Part shown: positions 37,360 through 48,400 of the stretch, one piece after another
How the letters are laid out: each line of letters opens with the position of its first letter
Numbering within the stretch: position 1 is the stretch's first letter
Assembly (NCBI GenBank): GCA_036172245.1
Contig: JAYWIR010000009.1
Coordinates: forward strand, 5,022,001 to 5,086,000
Length of the DNA stretch: 64,000 bases
Direction of reading: 5' to 3'
Origin: Raillietiella orientalis
Lineage: Eukaryota
Position numbers and translations under genes: made by a program
Notes under the pieces: model-generated
Database searches by the model: none
Seen by the model: only the letters and a program-made list of their open reading frames with translations
Told to the model about the DNA's origin: nothing

Positions 37360-38040
37360 CTGAGTGGACAACCTTGCTTAAAACCAGCGTTGATTTGGAC
37401 AGGATCGGAAAGTCATGTTGCAGTGCACATGCGGGTGGTAGATCCATCGTACATATTGATTATGGAGAGGAATTCATCGCCAATCCCAAAGTGTCCTAGT
37501 GAGGAAAGGATAAGGGCGTGAGGGACAGAAGAGAAGGCGTCTTTGAAATCAAGGCAACAGATGCAAAGGTTCTGGTGATGCACCCTAGCGCGTTGCAGTA
37601 GAGAAGAAAGTTCTGTTCTAAAGCACCGTCATAGGGTAAAAAATCTTTTTTGATAGGGATCAAGGAGAATCCAAGAGCGCAGTCTTCTGGCGAGAATTTT
37701 AGAATACATTCTCCAGGGGAGGAATGGGAAGACTTGCCAATGGAGGAGTGGGATTTTGAGGAAGAGATCCCTTTTGGGGTATCGGATTCAGCGGAATGGG
37801 ATTAACAGTGGAGGGGGGTCTACTAATTGCTGGAGGAGACACACTGGAAGGATTGAAGGTTGGAGAAGGATGATGAAACTGATTGGGAACAGTCACCCTT
37901 AGGGACTGGGATACTTAATTTTGCCGTAGAGGCTTCTGGACATTTGAGGTGCTTGGAGAGGACATTTCGTATATCTTTCTTATACTGTCTAGGAGTCAAA
38001 ATAGATATGTACCTTTGCAAATCACAAACCTATTTCGAGA
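37360..38040 (-). mobile_element. Utopia/NeSL-like RT N-terminal fragment
   Basis: YSKILARRL..QK.FLPYDG..LDFKDAFSSVPH..INAGFKQG. Confidence 0.75.
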
Positions 38041-38048
38041 GAAGAGAC

Positions 38049-39539
38049 TTATATTCTTCCCACGAGCTCGCGTGCTTGCTCTGACAACTGACCACACGGA
38101 ATCATTTCTTTCAGGCTTCCGTAACTAATTGGCCGCACTTCACCTGAAAACCTGAAACAGTTTCCAGCTTCCAGGTCTTTGGCAACACTCGCGGATAACG
38201 TGGACTCCTTCTGGAGTGCACTGCCCCCGTTTCCCTGGTTGTGAACAACCGTGGGCGCATTGTCAACAAAGACCTCGCCTTTAAACTCTCTCACCGCAGC
38301 ATTCGCTGCCTTAGCTATCCGATAATAATCTTTAGGAGGGGGGGCCTGTGATGCTATCAATCGCAGCTGCATAAACGTCTGCGTATAAGCATTACGCAAA
38401 ATCTCTGCAGGTCTTCCAGGTCCTCCAACAATCCGATAACTGCCACAAGAACCGGACCCATCATAGCAGATTTCAGCGGGAAGCACCCAAGCTGCGACAG
38501 GCGGCTTAATAGACACTGGAGCAGCTTCCAGGGCCACTTCAGTAGCATACTTAACACGACTACGCAACTCTTCAGCAACCAGATTTCCCCTTCTCGATTC
38601 ATATGCGTCCTTATCAGGTGCATACCAACCCCGACTGCTCAGATTAGAAGACAAACGACTATAACTCTCTTCAACCTCTTGGTCCAAGATCTTGTCAAAT
38701 TCATCCTACTCCCGACGTTGCTTCTGCACCTTCTTTCGAAGATCCTCCTTTCCATGGAGACCTGCCAAAACAAAATTTTCCTTCTTTACCTGGCGCAATT
38801 TAAGTCCTTTGACACGAAAAGAACGAGGGAGCTGGACGAGTTCCATCACATCTTCCATGTGATAATCGGTCTCGACCAGCTCATGAAGTTCTAAGGGTTT
38901 CATCTCTGAATCCTCAAACCAAACTTCGTTTTCCACCGATGCCTGAACCAAAGTGGCGGAAACTCCGTAATTTTTCTCGGCTGACATAGAAGCTAAGTGC
39001 ATCCCAACTATCAACCTGTCTCGGAGGTAATAAACCGCTCCGGAAAACCCAGGTTGGGTTGAACCGCAGTAACCAAGATAGCCAAGGTCATTCTACCCAA
39101 CTATCTTAGCTGAAGAAGCCATGCCACGAACACTAATCATGGCATGAGTCGAATCTCCTGTGACTTTCTCTGACTTAACAGGAAAATCATTAATTTGACC
39201 AGGCATAGCGAAAATAGCAACATCATCTGCAATAATCCTAATGTCCGTAGGTGTAAACCCCTTCCCGGACTCGGTCGCTCTGGTTGCCAATTTGCCTGCA
39301 AATTGGGAACCAGGAATCATTATAACATGTCTTGGAGCGACTAACCACTTCCCAAGCCAAAAACCACAACCAAGGAACCTATTACCAGAATAAAAATAAA
39401 ACTGGCAACTAGGATCCCGTGGAGATCGGACAAAAGCAGAGCCTGGAATAGCACACTCAGGAATAACTAACTGAGCATCCTCAAACCCTGCCACCTCAAT
39501 TTTGTCTCTCTGTTCACGAAATTCTCTAAAATCTCGCAA
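38049..39539 (-). pseudogene. Sobemo-like (Solemoviridae/Sobelivirales) polyprotein EVE: serine protease, VPg and downstream region
   Basis: One frame of ~497 codons broken only by TAGs at 39093 and 38706. Protease motifs: LGCGF..APRHV, DDVAI, GSTQPGFSGAVY, IVGMH. Confidence 0.75.
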
Positions 39540-39639
39540 TCAATTCCAAAGAGTCAAGAATTTCCGGTGACACCGAAGTACTATCGTAGCAACAAACATC
39601 AACGTTGATCCGATAGAACATCCTAAGCCCGCCCACATA

Positions 39640-40095
39640 CCGCCCGTATGTCGGATGTCTCAAAACCAAAGAGGCGTTTCGTAAAGTAGGAAAATTCGTT
39701 AAACGAAGGCGGAAAGTATACATGAGGCTCATTAAGTATAAGCGAAGGCGTGTTAAATATCGAGACGTTGAGCTGGAAGTTAAGTTATTTGAGAAGAACT
39801 GTAGAGCTTACTATGACGTGCAAACACTATTCGAGCATAAGGATGGCGAATTCGGGATTAGTCAACACGTCTCGGATGTTTGGTTACAAGGAGTTTCGTG
39901 GTTCCATTTGGGACGTCATGCAAAGCGCAAATGTGGTGCAATATTGGTCCTTATTTCCAATATGTGAAAGTAAGGTGTGGCCATTGGAGGAAGTATTTCG
40001 GCGTGAAAGCAGTTCGATTCTTCTCGCGAAGTTATGTGAGATATCAGATACGACTTAGGGAGAATGCGACGAGGTACGAGGTTTGGATGTTGGAC
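39640..40095 (+). pseudogene. cap: CRESS capsid N-terminal fragment (EVE)
   Basis: Basic tract RKVGKFVKRRRKVYMRLIKYKRRRVKYR, then SYLRRTV..SIWDV..QYWSLF; abuts a Rep tail. Confidence 0.5.
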
Positions 40096-40100
40096 CAAGT

Positions 40101-40245
40101 CTACTTGACAAGGCTTCTTCGATTCTCCCTTGGATCAGTGGTCCAAGGGAGAATTGACCCATCTTCATCCATGGTCCACTGTGTTTTCTTACGAAATCGT
40201 GGGTTGTCGAGGTCTATAATAACCCAGCGATCTTGTGAGGACAAT
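40101..40245 (-). pseudogene. rep: CRESS Rep extreme C-terminus (EVE)
   Basis: SQDRWVIID..KKTQWTMDEDGSILPW matches STDRWIVH..KKTSWQLSKEGTILPW at 34830-35198. Confidence 0.7.
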
Positions 40246-40674
40246 GGCTGGCTAAGAGCAGCTTGATCTCTTAAAAGATCTGCCTGTGCTGCAGCATGCC
40301 TGTGTGTGCCTGAAGTGAAGAGTGCGTACACTCTGTTGATCATGAAGATTAGCGCAGCATCCTTCCAGGCCTTAGTGTGGTAAATCCACCCTACTGCTGA
40401 TGCTGTTACATTCTTAATCGTGATCCTTGCGTCAGTTGGCTAATACAGCGATAATTTCCTGTCTTCTGAAAGTGCAATATCGGTTCCGGTCGTAAGTCCG
40501 ACTTTTCTATTGCCATCCAGATTTGGCAACATGCAGAAAATCTGTCATAGCTGGTTTCTGCCTCTTGTTCAGCCTGGTCTGCCATAACACTGCTAACTTT
40601 ATACAGCCAATATACTTAGCTTTCAAACTAGGTGTTGTATTTTTCACAATGCGTGTTAACTGTAGGTTTAAGGG

Positions 40675-41445
40675 ATCCCAAGTACCAAGCGTCCCCACAA
40701 CAATTGCATCATTAAGGACCTGAAGGCCTTGGGATTCAAGAAACTTTTGTAATGGACGATATTTATCTTGTTTACTTTCCCTGGCCGATTTGAAAGATTG
40801 AATGCGATTTTCGTGCGGTTAGTCGAGAATTAAGGCATGAGAGGAATCTCGAAGGAAAACATCAGGGCGTAAGGCGGAGTGAGTATCAGGGATGCAACGA
40901 TTGCTGGAGGAGATCGGCCAGAGAGGGAGCAAAGAATCTTTAAATAACTCTAAGATGGCGTTATGCCTAGAGTATATCAAGGTGCCAAGATGAGTAGGAC
41001 AATGAGAAAGAACGTGTGCTAAGGTCTCTTTGGGGTAAGGACATTTCTGGCATTGTTCATTGAATCCTGGTCTTTTTCGGTTGCCATTTAGAATTGACTG
41101 GTTGAGCCGGGCATGATGGATGAATCGCCAATCGGCAAATCGAAGAAAAGCGGCATCGTAAAGAAAACTCATGGATGCTGGGTGACGCATAATGCAATCC
41201 AACGATCGACCTTGGTCGGGTTCCAGAAGTAAGGAAGAGATTTCTTGATCTCTAAGGAGAGAACGAATCGATTTTGCTATTTGTCTTCTCGAAGAGGAGA
41301 ATAAGATTTTAAAGTTTTCCGAGTTATTGCTCGTGAGCCTAAGAACGATTTGATCTTCCACAAAATCCCACGAAACAGGTAAAAATTTAGCAAGAGAGCG
41401 ACAGCGGGACCAAAATATTTTCGGATCGCCACTGTTTATCAAGGG
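40675..41445 (-). mobile_element. Utopia/NeSL-like CCHC finger and restriction-like endonuclease fragment
   Basis: RFADWRFIHHARLN, CQKC..ETLAHVLSHC, RHN, LRPD, ENR, K..KY, VGTLGTWDP. Confidence 0.85.
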
Positions 41446-41714
41446 GAGGGAGGGTGGAACCGTTTGTTAGTCATGTGTGTGCATATAGCTGGAGGGCAAC
41501 CCACCCTTCCTTGCATTTTTATCGCGTTCCGTACTGGGGTTCAGTGGTCAATCGGTTCAGTTTCCATTGTTGAAGTATTTTGCATTGCATAGAATCTGTT
41601 GTTATCAATGTCTTGGATTCTACGCAAGGTAATCCAGGACCGCTGGTAGATTTACCTCCATGTGTCGGGAGGCACTGGGAGCCTCCACGGGATCACCAGC
41701 TTAGGTCGACAAGC

Positions 41715-41965
41715 ACCCATCTGTCTTGGTGGTTTTCCCGGCATTCCCTCTGCTGTCCTTGTGCCAGTAAATGTTTCTATCGTGTGGATCTTTTCGAAGC
41801 AGTTCAAGCAGATCCATTTGCCAGCTGCGTAGGATCGTCATCTTGTCAAAGAGGGTACTCTTTGTGGATATCCTACCACTTTCATTTAACCGCGCTTGCA
41901 GGTGCTCGTCGAGGAAGGCATGGTCTGTTGACTTCAAGTCGCCTTCTGCTTGATCTAAGATGTTG
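41715..41965 (-). pseudogene. rep: CRESS Rep central fragment (Walker A)
   Basis: LRSWQMDLLELLRKDPHDRNIYWHKDSRGNAGKTT. Confidence 0.8.
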
Positions 41966-41969
41966 ACCG

Positions 41970-42438
41970 CGTGTATCACGCCATTGTGCGCATAATGCGT
42001 CCCCACTGTGTTTGCTTCGCGCGAGTTGCACATGAAAGTCCCTCGCGACCAGGTGGGCTGTATCTGCATTTGGTCGTTCCCACCTGTTCTCCTTCAGGTC
42101 TCGGAGAAATGCAGTCGTTCCGGTGACTGGCATGTTTGTGGTAGGGGCGTAGATATTGGTAACCCTGAGGTCGATGTTGTCTGACCATTTTAATTTTGAT
42201 TGCTTAATTCTGCCCTTATCATCAAATCTCGTCAAATCTCAAGCCCAGGGTACGCAACATCTTGGGCTTCAGCAGCAATTCCACTCTTGTGTGGAGAGCC
42301 CCATTCCTCCAAAACATTTCCGACCCAGTAATCCTTTCGATTTCGCGCGCCATCTCTTGGGATACCAGGTGTAACTCCTGGAGGAGCACTACGTCAAAGG
42401 ATTGCAGGGCGGTCGCGATAGCAGGTCTTGCGGCTCTC
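41970..42438 (-). mobile_element. L1/Tx1 APE endonuclease fragment
   Basis: FDVVLLQE..LKWSDNIDLRVTNIYAP..HLVARDF. Confidence 0.8.
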
Positions 42439-42732
42439 GGATAGAGAGCCGCAAGACCTGCTTCACAGTCCAGACGGCTATCTCGAGTTTCTTCATAGAG
42501 CGTTCCATGCTCGTTTCTGTTGAACGTTCTGTCAATTGCGCTACTTGTTGGGCACTGGCCCGGACCTGATCTCCATCTCCTCGCAGTTAATTGCCGTTGA
42601 TGGCTGCCTCGGGTTGTACTTCAGCTCGTTTTCGCGCCTTCGAGTGCCTCCCACTTACTATGAAAGATTCCTATGTCGAGCAGCGGGTTCTGCATGGCTT
42701 CCCTGCACAGGTTCGTTATTTCGAACTTGGGA

Positions 42733-42805
42733 GAGCCAATCAGAGGCGTTTCTGAACGCGCAGACCAATCAGTGCGCTTGAAAGGGGCGCCGAGTTTCCC
42801 GCGCG
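42733..42805 (+). promoter_or_regulatory. Promoter-like cluster: two CCAAT boxes and an E2F-like site
   Basis: AGCCAATCAG (CCAAT at 42736) and GACCAATCAG (42765), 29 bp apart; TTTCCCGC at 42795. Confidence 0.35.
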
Positions 42806-43214
42806 TGAAGTAAAAAAACAAAGAATTTTTTTTTTTCCAGTCTTTTGAGGCACTGAGGCCATCTGTTGCACCTGCAACCGATTGTGGTTTGTTGCCACAG
42901 TTGTGCATATTTGCGACACAAGATTTTTCCACCGGTTCCTCTTACCTTCCCTTCATGTCTACTTTCTGGCTGCCGCCATGGCAGCAAATATGCAGGAGAC
43001 AATTCTCGCCCACAGCAACCAAAGTTGTGTTGGCACACGGTCCATACATGGTGAGGATGTCCACGAGGTCATGGGATCGAAACTACTCGAAAAACCACAA
43101 GCTGTCACAACACACAAAAAAGAGAATTTCGCCTGCTAGCGGTAACTTTTCGAGAGCTCACGGAGGCACGACCGCACTGAAGATCATGAGTCAGACGGAA
43201 GGAAAAACATTTTC

Positions 43215-43420
43215 AGGGATTACATTTTCAACACCCCTCTGCCAAGGGAAAAGTTGGAAGTCTGTAATGGCTTTCAGTTTATCCATGAAGCTTGGAAATT
43301 CTGAGCGGTAGGACAGTGGGTCAAAACCTACAGGTTTCCCTAAATATCTGTACGTTTTGTTGGTTTGTAACGAGTGGACGGTTTCGCCGTACATTAAGTG
43401 CGAAGAGCTTGGGGAGGGAA
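43215..43420 (-). mobile_element. Utopia/NeSL-like RT fragment
   Basis: YRYLGKPVGF...LFPWQR. Confidence 0.65.
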
Positions 43421-43789
43421 GGCGACGTAGTGGAAGGAATCACAAATCACAATATTACATGTTCGTATATATTTTTCATTAGTGGCCCCACTAATGAAGA
43501 ATATGATCCAACACAGCTAGACAGCAATTTCTGACAGACATGTTCCCAGGGAACCCTCAACTCCTGCTTTGAAACACCAAAGATTGCTCGATTGCTGCCA
43601 CTGGGTTCCTCCTATGCAGCTGAAAATTGCAGACAATCCCCATTTTCCAATTCCTTGTAGTGGGAGACACCATAATCTGGCAGTACACTAGGCAAGCAAT
43701 CAACCGAGCGCACCCAAGAGCACTTCCCCATTGCAAACATTGCAGCTGCCTGGAATTTGGAATAGTGGACAGTAAATACAACTGTTTCA

Positions 43790-45439
43790 TTTAGGACAGG
43801 TCATCACCATACTCATGACAGCAAAGACGTTAATTCTCAGTGGATTCGAAAAATAAAAGGCAAGTTGGTTGGCGTCGGAGAAAAGCATTCTGCCAAAATA
43901 GCAATCAAATGGTAATACTCTCTCATATAATATGTTACAAATTCGCATTGTAAGCCTGGCCTTCAGCACACATCGAATGGTCCCACTTGCTGGCATCACC
44001 AGTCAAAATCAAACCTTTATCTTTGCGACAGCAGGCGTCATATAAAATCTCTCCCACGTCAAAAATCGGAGTACCCGCTGTACTATTTGGGAATAATTTT
44101 TGTTGAAAATGCGTATCAACAAAAGTGCCAAGAACCATCCAATCAACGATCAACTGAAATAAGATATCAAAGTGGATCTGGGATATTTCTCTTCATCCGG
44201 ATCATTGGTTATTCTACCTTTTGCGCTGTCACATAGTACTCTTCCACACTTTGTCAATAACCTCTGAAACATACTTTGGGGTGTCAGGATCAGCAATGCA
44301 AGTCTCCATGTCTGGCCATTTATCAAACAGCCCTGAAACCCCTTTCATATTTATTTTTGTGAGAACCTCATCCCAACTATAAGGTCTCAGTGTCTTCCGA
44401 AATTGCATTTTTTTTAGATAAGGTAACAACTTTCTCAATTCTTAAAGTGTTCCTCTCCTAATACTTACACAAGGCTCATCAACTCTTGTGAAGATAGCCT
44501 CTAAAAGACTTTCATTCGATTTCCCAGTCCTTTTAACTACCGAATTAGTGTAATTTCAATCATACATTCCTCTAATGTACTCCTGCAAACGTTAATTTCT
44601 AAGATCTCGATCGCCCCAGTATGCATCTTCCGATGGAAGAAAAATAAAAATTTCTGATACATAAAGGCGACAGTTTTTTTACAACTAATATTCCTAATGT
44701 TATATCTTTCAATAATCTTTTTAACTCTATCTAGTGTTTCAAATTCATATTGATTCCTAATGATTCACCATAATTCGCTTGATTAGTGAATTCATCAACG
44801 CTTGATCAATAATTTGCGTCATTTGTAATCTATGTATCATAACATACTGCAAGGTTTTTTTGACCTTTCGCCGATTGTGCAGGAAATTGCTTTTACTCAT
44901 TTCTGTGTAGTGGAAGTCATCGTGATAACCAACTATAAATTTATAATCTCCATTGGTACACGCGGAAGGTACAACACAGATCACATCTTTACATTTCAAA
45001 TTAACTTCCCTTTCTTTACAGACGTAGACATTAAGACACGCTTGACTCTTACTATAATTGTCATGTACCACAATGTCTACCTGCTCATTTGGGTGTCCCA
45101 CAATAACCCGGTAACTGCGTAAAGAGTACCACGACAAACTCCAACTAAAGGAGTAAATATTCTCTTGATCTCATGTCAAAGTCGCATAACTCCATTATCG
45201 TTTTCACCAGCTTTATCGTAGTCATAAACGCACATGCCTCCAACAAAACTACCTAATAATTTAATGATGTTGGGAATACTTGGTACTGCATTAAATACAT
45301 CGTCTCGATTACGCCAATATAACCCACAAGCATCCACCAAAATGCTAGAGGAGGCCAACCAAACTGGCATACCTGCTGAAACAAAAAAATCCTCCTCGAT
45401 ACATGCCGCATCATATGTATCTTCATATACCATTTGTAA
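43790..45439 (-). pseudogene. Flavi-like (pesti-like/large-genome flavivirus) polyprotein EVE including RdRp motifs
   Basis: AIFTRVDEP, PYSWDEVLTKINMKGVSGLFD, GTPIFDVG and LTGDASKWDHSM (motif A). Disrupted by stops and frameshifts and cut at 45440 by a LINE. Confidence 0.6.
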
Positions 45440-48400
45440 TTTCCACCCGGGTAATCCCGGGGCGTTTATTAAAAAAACATTCCACAAACGTGGTACCAGG
45501 CCCCACTAACGGCCACACAACACCGGACCTGCCGGGACGCCGGGACGCAGCCCGACGTGGCTCTCCTCGGCAGTGGAAGGGATGGGGGAGAAAACAAAAA
45601 GAAAAATAAAAAGTAAGGAAAAGAAAAAGAAGTTGGAGGGCTGGGAAGGAAACACTCCGCACTGGGAGGAGGGGCCATCCTTCGAAGGAAGCCCTTTAAG
45701 TCCATGCGAATTGTACCCAGCCAGAACGTGGGCCATCCAGAAGCTCTCGACAGGAAGCGAACAGCATACGGGATGACGTCCCTCTCTTTGTGGTCCACAT
45801 CTTCGTCGCGTGTATCACTCCACGCCCCCACGATGCCACGGATGCAGCATAATGCTGCCACGGCTGCAGCTGGCTGAAGGGCGTCCCGCACGAAGAGGAG
45901 GCGGAAAACGTCTCTGGGCGCGCTGCCCGTAGGGAGCCCTAGGGTCGTCCCCAACCGTTCCCACAGGGGTCGGAGGGCAGCACAGTCAACAAGAAGGTGG
46001 GGGAGCGATTCCCTCTCCCCACACCGGGCACACTCAGGATTTACTCTCCCCCGGGTCCAGTGGAAGCAGCGCGCGTTGCAGGGCAGGCCCCAATGTAATG
46101 TCAGCAGCGCCGAATCTTGCCACTTGAGGGGGAGAATCCTGGCTTCAATTAAAACCGGGGGCCACTTCAGGTCATCCTGCTGGATGCCGAGTAGCTCACC
46201 CCATCTTGCAAGTCCTCGCGGGACGGCACTCGGGGTCGTGGCATCCGCCAGTTCTCCTTTGGTCCAACCGTTTAACAATTTCTCTCGTCCTGAGATCCGG
46301 CAGGAGACTTGCCACTTCGGCGTGCGGCCGCTGGTAAGAGCCCTATACAGAAAGGGCAGCGTCGTAGCTAAAGGGGTGGTCTCCGCCCACGTGCTTCTGG
46401 CGGGACACAGCAAAGTGGACCGCAGAGTGCAGCAGGCGTTACTGCCGAATCGCAAGCGGTTCCAGTTTTCCTCTCTGGTATTGTTCAACTTTGTTCCAAC
46501 AGTTCCACGTTCCAACGGTTTTCTCCAACCAGGCGGAGGAGTTGGCGGGGCTGCATACTATCCAACCGTTCTCTCTAACCTTCCGGCCGCGGCACAGAAG
46601 ATAGGACGCGAGCCCTTGCGTCCCGGAAACACGGCTGGCAAGGAGGCGGGCCGGAACGCACCAAGGGGTGTTCCACAACTTCGCTGCGATGGCCAAAGTG
46701 CGCCATTGCAGCTGGATCTCCAAGCGCTTCAGCGTCAGGAGGCCGAGACCGCCGTCCCGACGAGGAGCGCTTATGTCTTTCAAGTTCACTCGGGGCCTTC
46801 CGCTGCCCCAAAGGGCAATACGGAGGAGGTCCTTGGTCCGTTTTTTCGACAGGGTAGGGACCGGGCAAACAAAAAGTAGGGGGCGTAGGATGGGGGCCGC
46901 GAATGCGTTCCAAACCGCTACCCGTTCCGGCAGAAGGAATTTGCCTTCCAGGAACGGGCCGATCGCCAGCTCTACCCTTTGGAGACGACCTGACCAGGCT
47001 TCTGCTAAGCAGAAGTCCCCCGACGGGACACCCAGGTACTTCAGGCATCTGGCCGTGGGGATCCCCAAGCGGATCCAGTCAGGTCGTCCGACCCACGTCG
47101 CAACAACCGCTACCATCGACGACTTCGCCTTGTTAACACGCAGTCCAGTCCCGCGGCTTAGCAGATCGAAGAAATCCCCGACTGCGGCTGCCGGGGTGGA
47201 CATGGGCAACATCAGCTGAAGATCGTCGGCGTATGCTGCAACAGCGGGCGTGCCGGGGCACGAGCTAGGCAAGGCAGCCAAAGTCACCTTGTACGCTCTC
47301 AGCACCAACTCAAAGTAGGTGCTAAAGAGCAGGGGACTAAGGCTATCGCCCTGCCGTATGCCCCGCCGCACCGGCACGCCGTACGCTGTGATTCCACTGT
47401 AATGAATATTAATCAGCGCGCAGGTAGGAGAGAAGGGAGGGTGGGAAGCCCATGCGACCCAGGAGCTCAAGCAGGAGATCCTGGTCTAAGCAGTCAACCG
47501 CCTTATGGGAATCGACCACGATCGCTAGGGCCTCCTTCCCCGCCTGGGTGTCCATTCCCAGCCCAGCTGGCGCCTCCAAGGTGGGGTTGTTAATCATTCG
47601 CAAATTCAGGTTTCAATACCGTTGCACATGAAACCATGTGCTCGCGAAGAAGAGGTTGGCATCCATACTTCGCCCGGGAACAGCGTATGTCTGCTCCGGG
47701 CTAATTATGGAATTTGCCACCTGCCCCAAACGCGAAGCCCACAGCCCGGCAACCAACTTGGCGTCCGTGTTCACAATCGTGATCGGACGCCAATTGTTCA
47801 GTGTTCTCAGGTCTCCTCCCTTAAGGAGGAGCCTCATTCTGGCTGACCGAAACGAGGCGGGAACTTCGCCTTGGTCTCGGACCAGCCTTGTCAACTCGAG
47901 CACCAGGGGTGCCAACTCTGCCGCGAAGCATTGAAACAACTCCGCAGGCAGGCCGTCCTCCCCTGGTGCTTTCCGCCTCTTGAGCCTTTTGATACTGGCG
48001 AGAATTTCGCCGGTGGTAAAAGGCTCGTCGAGGTTTTCCTTCTCCTCCTCCCCTATTGCCGGGGCACCGTCCGGAAGCAAGCGCCGAGAGGCATCTTGGT
48101 CCGAGGGCGCCCTGGCGTAAAGGGAGGAATAATAACGCCGCACGAGGTGCCGTATTCTAGCCGGAGCCGAGTGCTCCCGGCCCTGGTCGTCCAGCAAGCT
48201 GGCCGATCCGGATTGCCAGGCTTGACGTTCGGCCCCGGCTCGGTACTCTGCCAGGCGACGGACATTGGGGGTCCTCTCGTACCGGCGAGCCTGTAAATAG
48301 GCCCTATGGTTCCGAGCCCCCTCCCCAAATCCGGGGGGCAGGCGGTGCATGGGGAACTCCTCGCAGAACTCGCCGACCGAGGCCTTGAAGAGGTCCCAAT

